Shown one piece after another: positions 56,686-64,000 of a stretch of DNA of 64,000 bases; position 1 is the stretch's first letter; each line of letters starts with the position of its first letter. The DNA lies in assembly GCF_009914755.1 (NCBI RefSeq), contig NC_060925.1, one strand, 5' to 3'. Source of the stretch: the human T2T-CHM13v2.0 reference genome, Homo sapiens. The notes under the pieces were generated by a model. The model had not been told where the DNA came from and made no database searches. It saw only the letters and a program-made list of their open reading frames with translations. Both the position numbers and the translations under genes were made by a program.

Positions 56686-59600
56686 ATGGAATCGTCATCG
56701 AATGAATTGAATGCAATCATCGAATGGTCTCGAATGGAATCATCTTCTAATGGAAAGGAATGGAATCATCGCATAGAATCGAATGGAATTATCATCGAAT
56801 GGAATCGAATGGTATCAACACCAAACGGAAAAAAACGGAATTATCGAATGGAATCGAAGAGAATCTTCGAACGGACCCGAATGGAATCATCTAATGGAAT
56901 GGAATGGAATAATCCATGGACTCGAATGCAATCATCATCGAATGGAATCGAATGGAATCATCGAATGGACTCGAATGGAATAATCATTGAACGGAATCGA
57001 ATGGAATCATCATCGGATGGAAACGAATGGAATCATCATCGAATGGAAATGAAAGGAGTCATCATCTAATGGAATTGCATGGAATCATCATAAAATGGAA
57101 TCGAATGGAATCAACATCAAATGGAATCAAATGGAATCATTGAACGGAATTGAATGGAATCGTCATCGAATGAATTGACTGCAATCATCGAATGGTCTCG
57201 AATGGAATCATCTTCAAATGGAATGGAATGGAATCATCGCATAGAATCGAATGGAATTATCATCGAATGGAATCGAATGGAATCAACATCAAACGGAAAA
57301 AAACGGAATTATCGAATGGAATCGAAGAGAATCATCGAATGGACCCGAATGGAATCATCTAATGGAATGGAATGGAATAATCCATGGACTCGAATGCAAT
57401 CATCATCGAATGGAATCGAATGGAATCATCGAATGAACTCGAATGGAATCATCATTGAATGGAATCGAATGGAATCATCGAGTGGAATCGAATGGAATTA
57501 TGATCAAATGGAATCGAATGTAATCATCATCAAATGGAATCAAAAATAACCATCATCAATTGGTATTGAATGGAATTGTCATCAAATGGAATTCAAAGGA
57601 ATCATCATCAAATGGAACCGAATGGAATCCTCATTGAATGGAAATGAAAGGGGTCATCATCTAATGGAATCGCATGGAATCATCATCAAATGGAATCGAA
57701 TGGAATCATCATCAAATGGAATCTAATGGAATCATTGAACAGAATTGAATGGAATCGTCATCGAATGAATTGAATGCAATCATCGAATGGTCTCGAATGG
57801 AATCATCTTCTAATGGAAAGGAATGGAATCATCGCATAGAATCGAATGGAATTATCATCGAATGGAATCGAATGGTATCAACACCAAACGGAAAAAAACG
57901 GAATTATCGAATGGAATCGAAGAGAATCTTCGAACGGACCCGAATGGAATCATCTAATGGAATGGAATGGAATAATCCATGGACTCGAATGCAATCATCA
58001 TCGAATGGAATCGAATGGAATCATCGAATGGACTCGAATGGAATAATCATTGAACGGAATCGAATGGAATCATCATCGGATGGAAACGAATGGAATCATC
58101 ATCGAATGGAAATGAAAGGAGTCATCATCTAATGGAATTGCATGGAATCATCATAAAATGGAATCGAATGGAATCAACATCAAATGGAATCAAATGGAAT
58201 CATTGAACGGAATTGAATGGAATCGTCATCGAATGAATTGACTGCAATCATCGAATGGTCTCGAATGGAATCATCTTCAAATGGAATGGAATGGAATCAT
58301 CGCATAGAATCGAATGGAATTATCATCGAATGGAATCGAATGGAATCAACATCAAACGGAAAAAAACGGAATTATCGAATGGAATCGAAGAGAATCATCG
58401 AATGGACCCGAATGGAATCATCTAATGGAATGGAATGGAATAATCCATGGACTCCAATGCAATCATCATCGAATGGAATCGAATGGAATCATCGAATGGA
58501 CTCGAATGGAATAATCATTGAACGGAAACGAATGGAATCATCATCGGATGGAAATGAATGGAATCATCATCGAATGGAATCGAATAGAATTATGGAATGA
58601 AATCCAGTGTGATCATCATCGAATGGACCCGAATGGAATCATCATCCAACGGAAGCTAATGGAATCAACATCGAATGAATCGAATGGAAACACCATCGAA
58701 TTGAAACGAATGGAATTATCATGAAATTGAAATGGATGGACTCATCATCGAATGGATTCGAATGGAATCATCGAATAAAATTGATTGAAATCATCATCGA
58801 ATGGAATCGAATGGTATCATTGAATGGAATCGAATGGAATCATCATCAGATGGAAATGAATGGAATCGTCATAGAATGGAATCGAATGGATTCATTGAAT
58901 GGAATCAGATGGAATCATCGAATGGACTGGAATGGAATCATTGAATGGACTCGAAAGGGATCATGATTGAATGGAATTGAATGGAATCATCGAATGGTCT
59001 CGATTGGAATCATTATCAAATGGAATCGAATGGAATCACCGAATAGAATCGAATGGAACAATCATCGAATGGACTCAAATGGAATTATCCTCAAATGGAA
59101 TCGAATGGAATTATCGAATGCAATCGAATGGAATTATCGAATGCAATCGAATAGAATCATCGAATGGACTCGAATGGAATCATCGAATGGAATGGAATGG
59201 AACAGTCAATGAACACGAATGGAATCATCATTGAATGGAATCGAATGGAATCATCGAGTGGAATCGAATGGAATTATGATCAAATGGAATCGAATGTAAT
59301 CATCATCAAATGGAATCAAAAATAACCATCAACAATTGGTATTGAATGGAATTGTCATCAAATGGAATTCAAAGGAATCATCATCAAATGGAACCGAATG
59401 GAATCCTCATTGAATGGAAATGAAAGGGGTTATCATCTAATGGAATCGCATGGAATCATCATCAAATGGAATCGAATGGAATCATCATCAAATGGAATCT
59501 AATGGAATCATTGAACAGAATTGAATGGAATGGTCATTGAATGAATTGAATGCAATCATCGAATGGTCTCGAATGGAATCATCTTCTAATGGAAAGGAAT

Positions 59601-62600
59601 GGAATCATCGCATAGAATCGAATGGAATTATCATCGAATGGAATCGAATGGTATCAACACCAAACGGAAAAAAACGGAATTATCGAATGGAATCGAAGAG
59701 AATCTTCGAACGGACCCGAATGGAATCATCTAATGGAATAGAATGGAATAATCCATGGACTCGAATGCAATCATCATCGAATGGAATCGAATGGAATCAT
59801 CGAATGGACTCGAATGGAATAATCATTGAACGGAATCGAATGGAATCATCATCGGATGGAAACGAATGGAATCATCATCGAATGGAAATGAAAGGAGTCA
59901 TCATCTAATGGAATTGCATGGAATCATCATAAAATGGAATCGAATGGAATCAACATCAAATGGAATCAAATGGAATCATTGAACGGAATTGAATGGAATC
60001 GTCATCGAATGAATTGACTGCAATCATCGAATGGTCTCGGAATCATCTTCAAATGGAATGGAATGGAATCATCGCATAGAATCGAATGGAATTATCATCG
60101 AATGGAATCGAATGGAATCAACATCAAACGGAAAAAAACGGAATTATCGAATGGAATCGAAGAGAATCATCGAATGGACCCGAATGGAATCATCTAATGG
60201 AATGGAATGGAATAATCCATGGACTCGAATGCAATCATCATCGAATGGAATCGAATGGAATCATCGAATGAACTCGAATGGAATCATCATTGAATGGAAT
60301 CGAATGGAATCATCGAGTGGAATCGAATGGAATTATGATCAAATGGAATCGAATGTAATCATCATCAAATGGAATCAAAAATAACCATCATCAATTGGTA
60401 TTGAATGGAATTGTCATCAAATGGAATTCAAAGGAATCATCATCAAATGGAACCGAATGGAATCCTCATTGAATGGAAATGAAAGGGGTCATCATCTAAT
60501 GGAATCCCATGGAATCATCATCAAATGGAATCGAATGGAATCATCATCAAATGGAATCTAATGGAATCATTGAACAGAATTGAATGGAATGGTCATCGAA
60601 TGAATTGAATGCAATCATCGAATGGTCTCGAATGGAATCATCTTCTAATGGAAAGGAATGGAATCATCGCATAGAATCGAATGGAATTATCATCGAATGG
60701 AATCGAATGGTATCAACACCAAACGGAAAAAAACGGAATTATCGAATGGAATCGAAGAGAATCTTCGAACGGACCCGAATGGAATCATCTAATGGAATGG
60801 AATGGAATAATCCATGGACTCGAATGCAATCATCATCGAATGGAATCGAATGGAATCATCGAATGGACTCGAATGGAATAATCATTGAACGGAATCGAAT
60901 GGAATCATCATCGAATGGAAACGAATGGAATCATCATCGAATGGAAATGAAAGGAGTCATCATCTAATGGAATTGCATGGAATCATCATAAAATGGAATC
61001 GAATGGAATCAACATCAAATGGAATCAAATGGAATCATTGAACGGAATTGAATGGAATCGTCATCGAATGAATTGACTGCAATCATCGAATGGTCTCGGA
61101 ATCATCTTCAAATGGAATGGAATAGAATCATCGCATAGAATCGAATGGAATTATCATCGAATGGAATCGAATGGAATCAACATCAAACGGAAAAAAACGG
61201 AATTATCGAATGGAATCGAAGAGAATCATCGAATGGACCCGAATGGAATCATCTAATGGAATGGAATGGAATAATCCATGGACTCGAATGCAATCATCAT
61301 CGAATGGAATCGAATGGAATCATCGAATGAACTCGAATGGAATCATCATTGAATGGAATCGAATGGAATCATCGAGTGGAATCGAATGGAATTATGATCA
61401 AATGGAATCGAATGTAATCATCATCAAATGGAATCAAAAATAACCATCATCAATTGGTATTGAATGGAATTGTCATCAAATGGAATTCAAAGGAATCATC
61501 ATCAAATGGAACCGAATGGAATCCTCATTGAATGGAAATGAAAGGGGTCATCATCTAATGGAATCGCATGGAATCATCATCTAATGGAATCGAATGGAAT
61601 CATCATCAAATGGAATCTAATGGAATCATTGAACAGAATTGAATGGAATCGTCATCGAATGAATTGAATGCAATCATCGAATGGTCTCGAATGGAATCAT
61701 CTTCTAATGGAAAGGAATGGAATCATCGCATAGAATCGAATGGAATTATCATCGAATGGAATCGAATGGTATCAACACCAAACGGAAAAAAACGGAATTA
61801 TCGAATGGAATCGAAGAGAATCTTCGAACGGACCCGAATGGAATCATCTAATGGAATGGAATGGAATAATCCATGGACTCGAATGCAATCATCATCGAAT
61901 GGAATCGAATGGAATCATCGAATGGACTCGAATGGAATAATCATTGAACGGAATCGAATGGAATCATCATCGGATGGAAACGAATGGAATCATCATCGAA
62001 TGGAAATGAAAGGAGTCATCATCTAATGGAATTGCATGGAATCATCATAAAATGGAATCGAATGGAATCAACATCAAATGGAATCAAATGGAATCATTGA
62101 ACGGAATTGAATGGAATCGTCATCGAATGAATTGACTGCAATCATCGAATGGTCTCGAATGGAATCATCTTCAAATGGAATGGAATGGAATCATCGCATA
62201 GAATCGAATGGAATTATCATCGAATGGAATCGAATGGAATCAACATCAAACGGAAAAAAACGGAATTATCGAATGGAATCGAAGAGAATCATCGAATGGA
62301 CCCGAATGGAATCATCTAATGGAATGGAATGGAATAATCCATGGACTCGAATGCAATCATCATCGAATGGAATCGAATGGAATCATCGAATGAACTCGAA
62401 TGGAATCATCATTGAATGGAATCGAATGGAATCATCGAGTGGAATCGAATGGAATTATGATCAAATGGAATCGAATGTAATCATCATCAAATGGAATCAA
62501 AAATAACCATCATCAATTGGTATTGAATGGAATTGTCATCAAATGGAATTCAAAGGAATCATCATCAAATGGAACCGAATGGAATCCTCATTGAATGGAA

Positions 62601-64000
62601 ATGAAAGGGGTCATCATCTAATGGAATCGCATGGAATCATCATCAAATGGAATCGAATGGAATCATCATCAAATGGAATCTAATGGAATCATTGAACAGA
62701 ATTGAATGGAATCGTCATCGAATGAATTGAATGCAATCATCGAATGGTCTCGAATGGAATCATCTTCTAATGGAAAGGAATGGAATCATCGCATAGAATC
62801 GAATGGAATTATCATCGAATGGAATCGAATGGTATCAACACCAAACGGAAAAAAACGGAATTATCGAATGGAATCGAAGAGAATCTTCGAACGGACCCGA
62901 ATGGAATCATCTAATGGAATGGAATGGAATAATCCATGGACTCGAATGCAATCATCATCGAATGGAATCGAATGGAATCATCGAATGGACTCGAATGGAA
63001 TAATCATTGAACGGAATCGAATGGAATCATCATCGGATGGAAACGAATGGAATCATCATCGAATGGAAATGAAAGGAGTCATCATCTAATGGAATTGCAT
63101 GGAATCATCATAAAATGGAATCGAATGGAATCAACATCAAATGGAATCAAATGGAATCATTGAACGGAATTGAATGGAATCGTCATCGAATGAATTGACT
63201 GCAATCATCGAATGGTCTCGAATGGAATCATCTTCAAATGGAATGGAATGGAATCATCGCATAGAATCGAATGGAATTATCATCGAATGGAATCGAATGG
63301 AATCAACATCAAACGGAAAAAAACGGAATTATCGAATGGAATCGAAGAGAATCATCGAATGGACCCGAATGGAATCATCTAATGGAATGGAATGGAATAA
63401 TCCATGGACTCCAATGCAATCATCATCGAATGGAATCGAATGGAATCATCGAATGGACTCGAATGGAATAATCATTGAACGGAAACGAATGGAATCATCA
63501 TCGGATGGAAATGAATGGAATCATCATCGAATGGAATCGAATAGAATTATGGAATGAAATCCAGTGTGATCATCATCGAATGGACCCGAATGGAATCATC
63601 ATCCAACGGAAGCTAATGGAATCAACATCGAATGAATCGAATGGAAACACCATCGAATTGAAACGAATGGAATTATCATGAAATTGAAATGGATGGACTC
63701 ATCATCGAATGGATTCGAATGGAATCATCGAATAAAATTGATTGAAATCATCATCGAATGGAATCGAATGGTATCATTGAATGGAATCGAATGGAATCAT
63801 CATCAGATGGAAATGAATGGAATCGTCATAGAATGGAATCGAATGGATTCATTGAATGGAATCAGATGGAATCATCGAATGGACTGGAATGGAATCATTG
63901 AATGGACTCGAAAGGGATCATGATTGAATGGAATTGAATGGAATCATCGAATGGTCTCGATTGGAATCATTATCAAATGGAATCGAATGGAATCACCGAA
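56686..64000 (+). repeat. Domain rich in short units: 1,063, 1,776, 1,059, 1,059, 1,063 bp, then a long unit truncated by the window end
   Basis: Unit starts at 56686, 57749, 59525, 60584, 61643 and 62706. Confidence 0.92.

Larger units (their letters stand above)
1..64000 (+). repeat. Human satellite 2 (HSat2/HSATII) pericentromeric tandem array; ~1.776-kb higher-order unit, HSat2A-like (chr1q12 D1Z1-like)
   Basis: Continuous GAATG/GAATCGAATG/ATCATCGAATGGAATCGAATGG motifs (reverse complement of CATTCGATTC, the HSat2 hallmark) and dense TCGA sites. Landmarks recur at 1,776-bp spacing (12598, 14374, 16150, 17926, 19702, 21478, 23254). One GAATTC per unit (e.g. 1488-1493). Confidence 0.97.

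Noticed and set aside
34-63923. Hundreds of 60-178 aa + strand ORFs (MESSSNGIEWNHR... type)
   Set aside because: They are translations of GAATG/ATC repeats: low-complexity, overlapping in several frames, recurring with the repeat period and freely broken by indels and stops. No recognisable domain.
1-64000. CRISPR-like repeat/spacer array or a repeat-associated defence system
   Set aside because: No unique spacers, leader or associated genes; the sequence between motifs is itself satellite and repeats in each unit.
1-64000. HSat3 assignment
   Set aside because: Pure (GGAAT)n runs are only about three to four copies; GAATCGAATG and ATCATC-containing 23/26-bp units dominate, which is characteristic of HSat2.

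Overview
The whole 64-kb window is one uninterrupted, single-orientation tandem array of human satellite 2 (HSat2/HSATII), shown on its GGAAT/purine-rich strand. It is built from GAATG pentamers, GAATCGAATG decamers and 23/26-bp units such as ATCATCGAATGGAATCGAATGGA. The dominant higher-order unit is 1,776 bp with one EcoRI site. This fits the 1.77-kb EcoRI satellite of chr1q12 (D1Z1/pUC1.77; HSat2A-type), although the chromosome assignment is inference. Each unit holds two ~468-bp tandem subunits (A, B) and an ~840-bp block (C). Unit starts, taken at the ATG of subunit A, are: 1648, 2707, 4483, 5542, 7308, 9080, 10826, 12598, 14374, 16150, 17926, 19702, 21478, 23254, 24785, 26561, 28338, 30114, 31890, 32953, 34728, 36504, 38748, 40134, 41910, 42973, 45695, 47936, 50147, 51923, 53707, 54910, 56686, 57749, 59525, 60584, 61643 and 62706. 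I found no genes, RNA genes, transposons, CRISPR arrays or unique sequence, and all listed ORFs are translation artefacts of the repeat. I found no new gene-based system. The interest lies in array architecture: a recurrent 713-bp-deletion short unit, a nascent 2,835-bp super-repeat that recurs ~57.9 kb away, subunit copy-number variants, a divergent ~8-kb domain, and signs of subunit-to-subunit conversion.
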